Part shown: positions 63,142 to 64,000 of the stretch, in pieces
Numbering within the stretch: the first letter of the stretch is position 1
Layout of the letters: every line of letters starts with the position of its first letter
Origin: Hamiltosporidium tvaerminnensis FI-OER-3-3
Lineage: Eukaryota; Fungi; Microsporidia
Assembly: GCA_022605425.2 (NCBI GenBank)
Contig: CM061252.1
Span: 248,001 to 312,000, forward strand
Direction: 5' to 3'
DNA: 64,000 bases
Made by a program: the position numbers and the translations under genes
Notes under the pieces: generated by a model
What the model saw: the letters and a program-made list of their open reading frames with translations, nothing else
Told to the model about the DNA's origin: nothing
The model's database searches: none

Positions 63142-63861
63142 TTTAAAAGTATCACATCTTTTTAAAATAGTGGCAAGTATTATTTTTGTTTTTATGACAT
63201 TAACGCAGTTCTAGGTTTAACATAAATAACTGCTACCCAAAAACTCCATCAGTAACCGCTGCGATACCTACATCCCATAGCCTTTCATCTACCAGGTGTG
63301 TAGAACCTAAATAATAGGCGAGGCAGTTGCCCGGAGTTTGTTAAAATTCGTTGCATGGAGTGTGATCGAAGGCCGAAGCCCCCCTGGGCTCCCCTATACT
63401 ATGCAGCATTCCCACTTATTCTACACTTTCTAACCCAATAAACTTCTAGCTAAGATATATTTCAGAGACTTACATGGGGTCCACCTAGACAGTGCAATGT
63501 CATACCAACAGGTATAACCTATTACTTAGCTTTCCTGGCTTTATATGGTTTTAATTTTTATATCTCCCAGGCGCTAAGTCTTCTAACCCGAGTGAGCAAA
63601 GCTAGGGTTTCATACTTTTACGTGGCAATTACCTACATTTTCAGCTGCGGTCTGCGCGCTAGTTACATAAAAAACCACAAATAAATTTGTAGAAAAAGTT
63701 TCTCATTTTCTTAGACCTCTTCTCCTCATAACAACTTTCATGGAACAACCGAAGATGTAGTGTGGTTTTATTCCCACCAAAAATCCAAACAATGATATCA
63801 CACCAGTTTCACACACTCATTGCCAAGCAGAAAGTTTTTTATGTGGTTATCCTCCCTCCAC
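63142..63861 (-). mobile_element. Structured SINE-like repeat, copy 5
   Basis: Family similarity; CTTATATCATAT on both flanks (63125, 63869). Confidence 0.88.
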
Positions 63862-63959
63862 AATATATCTTATATCATATACTTATATCTTATTATAATA
63901 TCATATACTTATATCTTATACTCTATCTTATTATAATATCTTATTATTCATCTTATACT

Positions 63960-64000
63960 AGAGACTTCCACCTCCACCGACCTTCCATGACACCACCGAC
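63960..64000 (+). mobile_element. Probable start of another R4-clade LINE copy, cut by the window edge
   Basis: AGAGACTTCCACCTCCACCGACC matches 46460-46482 at 22/23. Confidence 0.55.

Larger units (their letters stand above)
59835..63920. repeat. ~4-kb direct duplication, copy B
   Basis: Near-identical to 50098-54110. Confidence 0.95.

Noticed and set aside
63452-63480. Group I intron S/R-like words AAGATATAT and TCAGAGACTTACA in the repeat
   Set aside because: Wrong order and adjacent; no P7 partner downstream; on the strand opposite the one supported by UUCG loops and wobbles

Overview
Very AT-rich eukaryotic DNA, inferred to be microsporidian (a large, repeat-rich Hamiltosporidium-like genome). 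The inference rests on CCC motifs just before start codons, a 28-nt GTAAGT...TAATTT..AG intron in RPL11, and divergent housekeeping proteins. Small gene islands (muskelin, a PX-PH protein, Tup1-like WD40, Mis18-like, RPL11, and several secreted or orphan proteins) are separated by long stretches of decayed ORFs and retroelements. The retroelements are R4-clade RLE LINEs in several states of decay, one RTE-clade remnant and a possible LTR remnant. The main observation is a ~720-bp non-coding repeat in five dispersed copies (13281, 53351, 56216, 57137, 63142). By eye it folds on one strand into a multi-domain RNA with two cUUCGg tetraloops, long-range helices and wobble-preserving substitutions. 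Most copies have an A-rich tail and 11-15 bp candidate target-site duplications, and I see no tRNA, 5S or 7SL head, so it is a candidate new SINE-like structured RNA family. Also present: a ~4-kb direct duplication carrying this element, a Gly/Cys-rich micro-gene and a LINE 3' tail; mosaicism among the copies; and an AACACCC/GGGTGTT minisatellite motif in both coding and intergenic DNA of the gene islands. All calls come from motif recognition by eye; no searches or folding programs were run.
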